Virus record (IMG/VR): IMGVR_UViG_3300002092_000138
Location: 1 to 30,336 of that record
Reading direction: 5' to 3' (one strand)
Origin: a virus
Lineage: Duplodnaviria > Caudoviricetes
DNA: 30,336 bases
Position 1 is the first letter of the stretch, and the number at the start of each line of letters is the position of its first letter. The notes beneath the pieces were generated by a model. The model did not search any database. It saw nothing but the letters and a program-made list of their open reading frames with translations, and was not told where the DNA came from. This document shows, piece by piece, positions 1 to 7,327 of the stretch. The translations under genes were made by a program, and so were the position numbers.

Positions 1-88
1 GACAACCTGTCTTTTTATGTTGCATTGCCTGGGTGTTTATGAGACAACATGTCCTGTAATTACCGAAACTCCGAAACTGAAGGACACC
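1..88. promoter_or_regulatory. Putative res-like recombinase binding region upstream of the serine resolvase (probably truncated by the window edge)
   Basis: GACAACCTGTC (1-11) and GACAACATGTC (43-53); inverted half-sites TGTCTTTTTA (8-17) and TTATGAGACA (37-46), plus TGTCCTGTAA (50-59), resemble the TGTCYNNTA half-site of Tn3/gamma-delta res; tandem CCGAAACT x2 (63-78); directly upstream of the resolvase gene. Confidence 0.5.
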
Positions 89-93
89 TTGTC

Positions 94-642
94 ATGAAAT
101 ACGGTTACGCCCGCGTCTCCTCAAAGGAGCAAGACCTCACAATCCAGATGGATGCACTCAAAGCGTTTGGCTGCGACATGATCCGTTCCGAAAAGATTTC
201 AGCAAAGACGTTGGACAACAGAGATGAACTCAAAACGCTCCTCGATTTCATGCGCACTGGCGATACGCTTGTGGTCACAAAAATCGACCGGTTGGCACGG
301 TCGGTGCGTGACCTTGCCAACATCGTCCACGATCTTAATGCCCGTGGAATCGCCCTTGTGGTCACACAACAGAACATTGATACTTCGAACCCAACTGGTC
401 GCGCCTTCCTATCCATGCTTGGTGTCTTTGCGGAATTTGAAAATGAGATCAGACGTGATCGGCAGGCTGCCGGCATCGCCAAAGCCAAAGCGGAAGGCAA
501 GTATGTCGGCAAAGGCCGCCCCCAAGTTGCGGAAGTAACAACGATCCGCCAACTCGCCGGAAAGAAACTGGGGGCCACGGCCATTGCGAAGCAACTGGGT
601 ATTTCACGCGCAACGGTTTACCGCGCATTGAACGCCGCATAA
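94..642 (+). CDS. Small serine recombinase (resolvase/invertase family) with C-terminal HTH
   Basis: MKYGYARVSSKEQD catalytic Ser motif, GDTLVVTKIDRLARS, FAEFENEIRRDRQAAGIAKAK, GR arm, HTH IAKQLGISRATVYRAL; start placed at ATG 94 after GAAGGA. Confidence 0.95.
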   Translation: MKYGYARVSSKEQDLTIQMDALKAFGCDMIRSEKISAKTLDNRDELKTLLDFMRTGDTLVVTKIDRLARSVRDLANIVHDLNARGIALVVTQQNIDTSNPTGRAFLSMLGVFAEFENEIRRDRQAAGIAKAKAEGKYVGKGRPQVAEVTTIRQLAGKKLGATAIAKQLGISRATVYRALNAA

Positions 643-653
643 GGAAAACAAAA

Positions 654-881
654 ATGGAAGTTTATGTGGCAGCGACTTACACCACGAAAACGGGGTATCG
701 GATTGTCGGTGTTTTTTCGTCGCGGGAACAAGCGGTAAAAATCGCCGGATATAAAACAGCAAAAGCCGGCGTAGGGTGTATTTTTTATAAAGTGGTGGTT
801 GATGAGAATTACGAAGTTCCGTTTTTGGATGCGATGTTTTGGTTTGGTGCGCCGGGGCCAACCGGCCCGGACTACCAATGA
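654..881 (+). CDS. Hypothetical protein (75 aa)
   Basis: TAAGGA RBS upstream of the ATG; fills the gap after the resolvase. Confidence 0.6.
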   Translation: MEVYVAATYTTKTGYRIVGVFSSREQAVKIAGYKTAKAGVGCIFYKVVVDENYEVPFLDAMFWFGAPGPTGPDYQ

Positions 882-975
882 AGGGAGAATGGCAGTGATG
901 GAATGTGCGACACTTAAAGACTTCGGCTCGATGTCAACCAAAGAAATATTGGAAGCTAATGCAAAGGGGCAAACA

Positions 976-1317
976 ATGACAATATCAATGGACAAACAAT
1001 ACCGCACCAGATGCGGATTTGAAGTTCGGATTTATGCAGTGGATAGTGGTGGACTGTACCCAATTCACGGAGCGTATCTGTTTGATGGTGTGTGGGTTGC
1101 ATGCACATGGGAAAAAGAGGGTGGCTGTTTAGGTTCTAGCCCTTTAGACCTCATAGAAGTCAAACCCCGCATCCAGCGTGAATATTGGGTGAATGTTTTT
1201 AAAAATCATCTTGAAGGTTGGAAAGAAAAAGAAACGGCAGACCGCCGTCGGCATAACCGCATCGCCTGCGTCAAAATCACAGTAGATTGCGAAGAAGGAG
1301 AAGGAGAGGAATTATGA
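976..1317 (+). CDS. Hypothetical phage protein, paralogue 1 (alternative start 889)
   Basis: MTISMDKQYRTRCGFEVRIYAVD...LDLIEVKPRIQREYWVNV...RIACVKITVDCEEGEG aligns end to end with the next ORF. Confidence 0.8.
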   Translation: MTISMDKQYRTRCGFEVRIYAVDSGGLYPIHGAYLFDGVWVACTWEKEGGCLGSSPLDLIEVKPRIQREYWVNVFKNHLEGWKEKETADRRRHNRIACVKITVDCEEGEGEEL

Positions 1318-1778
1318 CAATATCATTAGATAAACAATACCACACCATAGATGGGCGGGAAGTGCGGATTTATGCAGTGGATGGAAAACCCTCCCAACCA
1401 ATTCACGGGGCTATTTGTCACAACGGCAAGTGGGAGGCTATTCAATGGTACGATAGCGGTGCTTATTATAGCCACGGCAACTCTCATTTAGACCTCGTTG
1501 AAGTCAAACCCCGCATCCAGCGGGAGGAATGGGTTAATGTATATCCAACTTTTACGAGCAGGGGCCACCAAACAAGAGAAATAGCAGAGCGTTTCGCTGA
1601 AGATGGCCGCATCGCCTGTGTCAAACCCCGCATCCAGCTGGATGAATGGGTCAATGTATATCCAACTTTTACGGGCAGGGGCCACCCAACGAAAGAAATA
1701 GCAGAACAGCGAGCTGAAGAGGGTCGTGTCGCCTGCATCAAACGTACAATAGATTGCGAGGAAGGGGAGGGACTGTGA
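1314..1778 (+). CDS. Hypothetical phage protein, paralogue 2 with duplicated C-terminal module
   Basis: ATGA overlap with paralogue 1 and GGAGAGGA RBS; MTISLDKQYHTIDGREVRIYAVD; KPRIQ..WVNVYPTFT.RGH occurs twice. Confidence 0.85.
   Translation: MTISLDKQYHTIDGREVRIYAVDGKPSQPIHGAICHNGKWEAIQWYDSGAYYSHGNSHLDLVEVKPRIQREEWVNVYPTFTSRGHQTREIAERFAEDGRIACVKPRIQLDEWVNVYPTFTGRGHPTKEIAEQRAEEGRVACIKRTIDCEEGEGL
1503..1736 (+). repeat. Imperfect 117-bp tandem duplication (39 aa), with a third diverged copy starting at 1159
   Basis: GTCAAACCCCGCATCCAGC begins at 1159, 1503 and 1620. Confidence 0.9.
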
Positions 1779-1854
1779 AGCACACCATGCGGGCAACTTG
1801 CCGCAACTAAAACCATCTGATAAGATGGTGTCACCTCAACAGGAGAGTTTTGAT

Positions 1855-2076
1855 ATGTCTTATGGTGAAAAGGCTGTAGGGTTGTCTTTCAATCCGGGCG
1901 GCGACCCAATGGTCGAGGAAATCAAATCCGGCTACGCCAAACTGATTGACCGGATGGATGCAATCCGAAACGATCCCGACAACAGCTCCGAAAAGAAGCG
2001 GCTGGCGTCGATTGCAATTACCGAAGCGCAGACCGCCCAGATGTGGGCCGTCAAAGCGTTGACATGGAAAGATTGA
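1855..2076 (+). CDS. Acb2/Tad1-like helical hairpin protein (putative cyclic-nucleotide sponge, anti-defence)
   Basis: MSYGEKAVGLSFNPGGD..V.EIK...A.LID.....KRLASIAITEAQTAQMWAVKALTW; the R..SIAIT..QTAQMWAVKA helix resembles the Acb2/Tad1 hairpin; AGGAGA RBS at 1840. Confidence 0.65.
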   Translation: MSYGEKAVGLSFNPGGDPMVEEIKSGYAKLIDRMDAIRNDPDNSSEKKRLASIAITEAQTAQMWAVKALTWKD

Positions 2077-2077
2077 C

Positions 2078-2440
2078 ATGAACAAAGAACTTGAAAATTT
2101 TATGCTTGAACTGGCTGCGGCCTTGCAGGCGGCGGCGAATGTGCGTGTGTGGGAAATCCCGATTGACCACCGGACGAAAGATTCCGTTTCTGCGTACAGA
2201 GCCGCCGTCGGCGCGATCAGCGGGGTGTTGATGCAGGTGTTGAACAAACACCGCAACCCCGAACCGCAAACACCCCTTGCACCCGCGCCTGAAATCAAGC
2301 TGAATGAACCCGTGCTGTCCGAACCGGAAATGGTCCCCGAGCCGGAACCGGAAGTCGCAGCACCCAACAGTCTGTTTGACGAAGCGCCGGCAGAACCCCG
2401 CCGTCGCCGTCGCAACCAAGGAGAGAACGATGCCGCTTAA
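2078..2440 (+). CDS. Hypothetical protein with Pro/Glu-rich linker and Arg-rich tail
   Basis: Starts 1 nt after the previous stop and overlaps the next start. Confidence 0.7.
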   Translation: MNKELENFMLELAAALQAAANVRVWEIPIDHRTKDSVSAYRAAVGAISGVLMQVLNKHRNPEPQTPLAPAPEIKLNEPVLSEPEMVPEPEPEVAAPNSLFDEAPAEPRRRRRNQGENDAA

Positions 2441-2567
2441 AAAATCCTCGAAAGAAAAAGATGTTTCAAAGAACATCAAAAAAGAAATGAAGGCTGGAAA
2501 ACCGCAAAAGCAAGCGGTGGCGATTGCGAAAGAAACGCAACGTCAGGCCAAGAAGAAAGGCAAGTGA
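2430..2567 (+). CDS. Small Lys-rich phage protein (MPLKK...NIKKEMKAGKPQKQAVAIA type)
   Basis: AAGGAGAG RBS, ATG 2430; this 45-aa motif is common near phage terminase/head genes. Confidence 0.85.
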   Translation: MPLKKSSKEKDVSKNIKKEMKAGKPQKQAVAIAKETQRQAKKKGK

Positions 2568-2568
2568 T

Positions 2569-2721
2569 ATGGCGAAAGCTCCTGTAACCACTGTGGGCAA
2601 ACCGGCGGTCACTCCCACAGTCAAACCGATGGCAGCAAAGACCGTGAAGCCCGCTTATAGCCCGATTGGAAACTTGGGGGCTTTTGCCCATCCGGCAAAG
2701 AAAAAGACGAAGACGAAATGA
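2569..2721 (+). CDS. Small Lys/Pro-rich protein (NLGAFAHPAKKK motif)
   Basis: ATG 1 nt after the previous stop; stop overlaps the next ATG (ATGA). Confidence 0.7.
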   Translation: MAKAPVTTVGKPAVTPTVKPMAAKTVKPAYSPIGNLGAFAHPAKKKTKTK

Positions 2722-3470
2722 TCGAGAACCTTGTTCATTTCATCTATCCCGCATGGGACAACACGCGCCCGCTGTCACTGGTGAATTATGTGGCGGTGGC
2801 GCGTGCCAAGGCTATCCAGAAGCCGGATAAGATTTTATTCTGGATCGACAAAGAGCCAATACAAAACGAGTGGTGGGAACGGATCAAATCTCTTGTGGAA
2901 GTCCGGCATATTGAAATGTCGGGTGAATACGAAGGGGTAAAGATTGAATGGCCGCAACTGCAATCGGATGTGACGCGGCTGGAAATTCTGATTAAACATG
3001 GTGGTATTTATCTTGATACGGATATGCTGCTGTTGAAGCCGCTGGACGAGTGGTTTCACTTCAATCGTTTTGGTTTGTGTTTCGAACCCGGCAATGCCTC
3101 GATCTGCAATGCGTTGATGATGGGACCGCCGGACTCGGCGTATGCGAAAGCCTTGCTGCGTGAAATGCCGGAAGCGTTGAAGTCTGAAACATGGGCGGAT
3201 AGCGGGGTGTTGCTGCCGTTCCGTGTGGCGCAAGAAAACCCTTACGACAGCATGGTCTTGCCCTATTACACGTTCTGTCCGTTTGATCTTAAAACAGCTT
3301 ATATGTTTGAACCCGATCAAAAAGCGTTTTGTGAATTTCAGACAACGCACTCCAACGCGGCGCATGTTTATGAAACTTATTGGAGAGACGTGGTGAAAAA
3401 TGTCACGCGGGATTTTGTGAAGAACACGGATTGTTTCTTCTCTGATCTCGCTCGGGGTACCCTTGATTGA
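2718..3470 (+). CDS. DXD-motif glycosyltransferase (GT32 / Gly_transf_sug-like)
   Basis: IENLVHFIY N-terminus, QSDVTRLEILIKHGGIYLDTD signature, ICNALMMG and AAHVY motifs. Confidence 0.9.
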   Translation: MIENLVHFIYPAWDNTRPLSLVNYVAVARAKAIQKPDKILFWIDKEPIQNEWWERIKSLVEVRHIEMSGEYEGVKIEWPQLQSDVTRLEILIKHGGIYLDTDMLLLKPLDEWFHFNRFGLCFEPGNASICNALMMGPPDSAYAKALLREMPEALKSETWADSGVLLPFRVAQENPYDSMVLPYYTFCPFDLKTAYMFEPDQKAFCEFQTTHSNAAHVYETYWRDVVKNVTRDFVKNTDCFFSDLARGTLD

Positions 3471-3479
3471 GGTGGTGCA

Positions 3480-3725
3480 ATGCCAAGAATATATACACGC
3501 AAGCCGGACGCGAAACGGGAGAAGGTAACGGTTCCCGTATCTTCTGAATTTCTCGACCGGCTCAAGACCTATGCGACCACCATCAAAGTGTCCTATACGG
3601 AAGTCGCACGGGGGTTTATCGAACAAGGATTGGAAAGGGAGACATCCAATGACGAACATTCAACAGATCATCAATCGTTGCCACGATGTGCTAATCAAAT
3701 GGCAGGACTGCCAGCCGTCGATTGA
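3480..3725 (+). CDS. Ribbon-helix-helix (CopG/Arc-like) DNA-binding protein
   Basis: KVTVPVSSEFLDRLKTYATTIKVSYTEVARGFIEQGL strand-helix-helix pattern; GAGGTGG RBS. Confidence 0.7.
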   Translation: MPRIYTRKPDAKREKVTVPVSSEFLDRLKTYATTIKVSYTEVARGFIEQGLERETSNDEHSTDHQSLPRCANQMAGLPAVD

Positions 3726-3981
3726 AATGGCGCAAGACTTTGCCGCCGTGTTTGATCTGGAAATGAACTTCCAGCTTTTGCCGAAGCAAATGGGCGAAGA
3801 CGTTGAAAAGGGTTTTGAACCCGCGCCTGATTACCACCGGCAGCAGATGGAAAACGAAATGCGCGCCAAGATGTTTGACGAAACAATGGGTGTCGAACCA
3901 CGCTTTTCGGATGACTTCGATCTGGCTCCGAAGCGAACCAAAATTACGATGGAAGAAATACTAAAACAAAACGGTTTCTGA
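3649..3981 (+). CDS. Hypothetical protein
   Basis: AAGGGAGA RBS before ATG 3649 (MTNIQQ...); ends 1 nt before the J-domain gene. Confidence 0.7.
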   Translation: MTNIQQIINRCHDVLIKWQDCQPSIEMAQDFAAVFDLEMNFQLLPKQMGEDVEKGFEPAPDYHRQQMENEMRAKMFDETMGVEPRFSDDFDLAPKRTKITMEEILKQNGF

Positions 3982-3982
3982 C

Positions 3983-4624
3983 ATGGATGATTTATATGAC
4001 ATTCTTGGTGTCAAACGGGATGCAGAGTCCGATGAAATCAAGAAGGCTTATCGACGCAAAGCGAAGAAGGCGCACCCCGATGCCGGTGGATCGGCAGAGG
4101 CATTCGGTGCGCTGACACGCGCCTATGACTGCTTGTCGGACGACGAGAAGCGGGAGCGGTATGACCGCACGGGCGATGTCGATGACAAATCCGCCGATCA
4201 TGAAATGCAAGAAGCATTGGCGGTCGCAGTCGGCGCGGTCAATGCGGTGATCGGGATGATCGAACAGCGCCACTTGCGCATCGAAACATTCGATGTGGTT
4301 GGCGACAGCATCAAAACACTGAACGCGCAAATCGGTGACGCGGATAACAAGATCAAAGAATTTACCCACAAAGGTGAAAAGTTTGAAAAACTGGCAGAGC
4401 GGTTCAAAGTTAAAAAGGGAAAACCGAACCGTTTGAAAAACATTCTCATAGCGCAAGCAAAAGACCTTTTCCGTCAGGCCGAACAAACCAAACGGACAAA
4501 GAGAATTTTTGAAACGGCGCTTGAGATTTTGAAAGATCACAGTTTCGATTTCGAAGCGGGCGGGGCGCAAGAGGACGGGGTTCCGGCGTTTATGTTTAAT
4601 GTGGGTCCGGCGCAATGGCGGTAA
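3983..4624 (+). CDS. J-domain (DnaJ-like) protein with coiled-coil C-terminus
   Basis: DLYDILGVKRDAESDEIKKAYRRKAKKAHPDAGG..F..LTRAYDCLSDDEKRERYDRTG, with an intact HPD motif. Confidence 0.93.
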   Translation: MDDLYDILGVKRDAESDEIKKAYRRKAKKAHPDAGGSAEAFGALTRAYDCLSDDEKRERYDRTGDVDDKSADHEMQEALAVAVGAVNAVIGMIEQRHLRIETFDVVGDSIKTLNAQIGDADNKIKEFTHKGEKFEKLAERFKVKKGKPNRLKNILIAQAKDLFRQAEQTKRTKRIFETALEILKDHSFDFEAGGAQEDGVPAFMFNVGPAQWR

Positions 4625-6501
4625 AATCAACCAAGTGGGTGAAGCTGTTTAACAACTTCATCGGCGACATTCGCATCTCGTCCAAGGAAGTGTCGTCACA
4701 AGACGAACGGGGCACGAAGCTGGAACTGTGGCAATCGCAGCGGCGCTTCATTCATGAAGTCGGGTCCGGCTTGGATCGCGGCGTGCATAAGTTCAACTGT
4801 TTGAAATCGCGCCAGCTTGGCGTGACCACGGTGTCACTTGCCATTGATGTGTTCTGGTTGGCACTTCATGCGAACCTGATCGGATGCCTTGTGACGGACA
4901 CCGAAAAGAACCGCGAAGCAAACCGCATGTTGTTGCAAAAATATGTGGAGTCGTTTCCCGACGGTTATTTCGGCGACACGTTCAAGATCATCAAGAACAA
5001 CCGCTCCATGCTGCAATTCTCGAACGGGGCACGATTGGATTTGCTGGTCGCAGGGGTCAAAGACAAAGGCACGTCATGGGGTGAAGGTGTCGGCTATGGT
5101 TTTGCGCATCTGACCGAAGTCGCGGCCTATGGATCAGCCGAAGGTTTGAAATCTCTGGAAGAAGGGTTTGCCCAGTCCAACCCCGACCGCCTTTACATTT
5201 ACGAGTCCACCGCCAAAGGCTTCAACCATTGGCGGTCGCGCTATATCGACGGGTTGAATGACCCGCTGACGGCGCGGTCGTTCTTCATCGGCTGGTGGGC
5301 GGGTGATACCAACATCATCGCCCGCAAAGACCCGCGCTTCCTGCAACATGGTCTGCACCCACCCGAATTCGAGGAACAGGAGTTGATTGATTTTGTGGCC
5401 CGTGAATATGGCCACAAGATCACCGCCGAGCAGCTTGCATGGATCAGATGGAAAACAGAGACCGCAGGGGCCGAACAAACGCTTCTGGATCAGAACCAGC
5501 CGTGGACCGCAGATCAAGCCTTTGTGCAGACCGGCTATTCGTTCTTCCAGACGCGTGTCATCACCCAAGACATCAAGCGCATCGAGGAGGAGGGGCTTCC
5601 CTACCGCGCTTACCGCTACATCGTGGATGGTGACTTCTTCAACTTCCGTATGGTGGAACTGCATCCGGGCGAGGACGACCCCCGCGACATCGAGTTGAAG
5701 ATTTGGGAAGAACCCGAGGACGAGGGTAAGTATGTCATCGGCATGGACCCTGCCTATGGGCGTAACGATCATAAGGACCACCACGTGATCTCCGTATGGC
5801 GGTGCTATGCCGACAGGATGGTGCAGGTCGCCGAGTATTGCACCGCCGATGTGGAAGCCAAGCACGCCGCATGGGTGCTGTTCCATCTGGGGTCGGCCTA
5901 TAAGGACTGCCTCATCAACCCCGAAGTGGGTGGACCGGGGGCGCTGGTCTTGGGCGAATTTGACCACCTGCGGCAATTGCTGACGATGGAGTCCAATGTT
6001 TCGCGCATACAGGCGCGTGGGTGGGAGGATGCGGCGGCGCACGCCCGCATGTATCTGTATAAGCGGCCGGACTCGATGGGCGCGGGTTATGTGATCGGCT
6101 TTGCAACCACATGGTCAACCCAGTCGGTCCTGATGCACCAGTTGCGCGGCTCGTATGTTTCGAACGAATTGGTGATCCGGTCAAAAGCCCTCTTGCAAGA
6201 GATGGCCCTTGTGATCCAAGATGACGGGCATATTGGTGCGCCGGAATCGCGCGACGAAAATTGCAAAGACGACCGTGTGTTTGCAATGGCCTTCGCCGTC
6301 CGTGCGTGGCGCGACTGGACACGCAAGGAAATGATGGCTCTGGGGCAGACCTACGATTTCGTGCAAGAGCAACTCAAGAACAAAGACAAACCTTTGGTCA
6401 CAACTGTCAATCGCATTGTTTTTAACTATCTAAGGACGATGGAAGACGCGGCAGGTGAAGAACCCGACCCCGAACCGTGGAGAACAGAATATGGATTATG
6501 A
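4615..6501 (+). CDS. terL: Terminase large subunit
   Basis: Walker A-like LKSRQLGVTT, Walker B AHLTEVAAY, coupling motif YESTAKG, RNase H-like nuclease motifs YVIGMDPAYG and KDDRVFAMA. Confidence 0.93.
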   Translation: MAVKSTKWVKLFNNFIGDIRISSKEVSSQDERGTKLELWQSQRRFIHEVGSGLDRGVHKFNCLKSRQLGVTTVSLAIDVFWLALHANLIGCLVTDTEKNREANRMLLQKYVESFPDGYFGDTFKIIKNNRSMLQFSNGARLDLLVAGVKDKGTSWGEGVGYGFAHLTEVAAYGSAEGLKSLEEGFAQSNPDRLYIYESTAKGFNHWRSRYIDGLNDPLTARSFFIGWWAGDTNIIARKDPRFLQHGLHPPEFEEQELIDFVAREYGHKITAEQLAWIRWKTETAGAEQTLLDQNQPWTADQAFVQTGYSFFQTRVITQDIKRIEEEGLPYRAYRYIVDGDFFNFRMVELHPGEDDPRDIELKIWEEPEDEGKYVIGMDPAYGRNDHKDHHVISVWRCYADRMVQVAEYCTADVEAKHAAWVLFHLGSAYKDCLINPEVGGPGALVLGEFDHLRQLLTMESNVSRIQARGWEDAAAHARMYLYKRPDSMGAGYVIGFATTWSTQSVLMHQLRGSYVSNELVIRSKALLQEMALVIQDDGHIGAPESRDENCKDDRVFAMAFAVRAWRDWTRKEMMALGQTYDFVQEQLKNKDKPLVTTVNRIVFNYLRTMEDAAGEEPDPEPWRTEYGL

Positions 6502-6739
6502 AATAGAAACCGGAAAATGGTATGAAATACCAGAGAACGATGGTGTATATCCCTTCGATGGTCGTACAGTGTATCTGACGGACAACGGATCGGACGTGCA
6601 TATCGGCTATTGGCGCAAGACACGAACCTACGACGCAGAAAACGTGAAGTGGGTTGAAGAAGGTTTCTGGGCGCAACGCAATGCAGGCGGGCAACGTTTG
6701 GGTATCGCGCCCAATGCCTTCATGTTTTTCGAGGAATAA
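6491..6739 (+). CDS. Hypothetical protein (Trp-rich)
   Basis: ATG 6491 overlaps the end of terL; tight packing with the next gene. Confidence 0.7.
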   Translation: MDYEIETGKWYEIPENDGVYPFDGRTVYLTDNGSDVHIGYWRKTRTYDAENVKWVEEGFWAQRNAGGQRLGIAPNAFMFFEE

Positions 6740-6742
6740 ACA

Positions 6743-7327
6743 ATGGTGTATTTAGGGTATGAAAACGTGGAAGACGACGGTTATCTTGCACCTAAAAAAT
6801 TTAGGATCAGCTATCGCTGCGATTTGTGTGGGCATGAGTACAAACGCACCTATAAGGCGATTCCCAAAAACGACCCGCCTTGCCCAAGCAAAGCGTGCTC
6901 GACCAAACAGGAAATGGAGTCGCTCAAAAAGCAAATCGAAAACCTGACGCGCATGGTTGCAGAGGGCGCGGCCCCCGCACAGACGGGCAAGAATGTTCGG
7001 GTGAAAGCGGTTGACCAGACCGCGCAGATTGTCATGGAAGATTACAACATGACCGATCTGAAAGATAACATCCGGCCCGGCGAAAATGTCGCACCGAAAT
7101 TACCCGGCGTTCAACAGCAGATGGCCGATAATTATTTTGGTGGGGGCTCGATGAAGGCCGCAGGCATGAGCAAGAAGCAAACCGAACTTCTCGGTCGGCG
7201 CGCGATTGCAGGGGCCTATCGGAACATGGCTGTCGCACCTAATGCGATCTTGCCGTCGGAAGTGCGCAGCGGCCAAGCACCGCTGCGCCAGATTGGAACC
7301 GAAGTCATCAACGAACGTAAACGTTGA
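6743..7327 (+). CDS. Zinc-ribbon-containing phage protein
   Basis: YRCDLCGHEY...PPCPSKAC Cys pairs followed by a coiled coil; GAGGA RBS. Confidence 0.75.
   Translation: MVYLGYENVEDDGYLAPKKFRISYRCDLCGHEYKRTYKAIPKNDPPCPSKACSTKQEMESLKKQIENLTRMVAEGAAPAQTGKNVRVKAVDQTAQIVMEDYNMTDLKDNIRPGENVAPKLPGVQQQMADNYFGGGSMKAAGMSKKQTELLGRRAIAGAYRNMAVAPNAILPSEVRSGQAPLRQIGTEVINERKR

Noticed and set aside
1159-1736. 117-bp near-identical repeats as a DGR template/variable pair
   Set aside because: Mismatches are not adenine-specific, all copies are in-frame coding, and no reverse transcriptase is present in the window
5134-6042. 302-aa minus-strand ORF (likewise 2835-3659, 3992-4630, 11936-12928, 22770-23465, 27550-28467)
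   Set aside because: Antisense shadows of well-supported genes, caused by codon bias; no recognisable motifs
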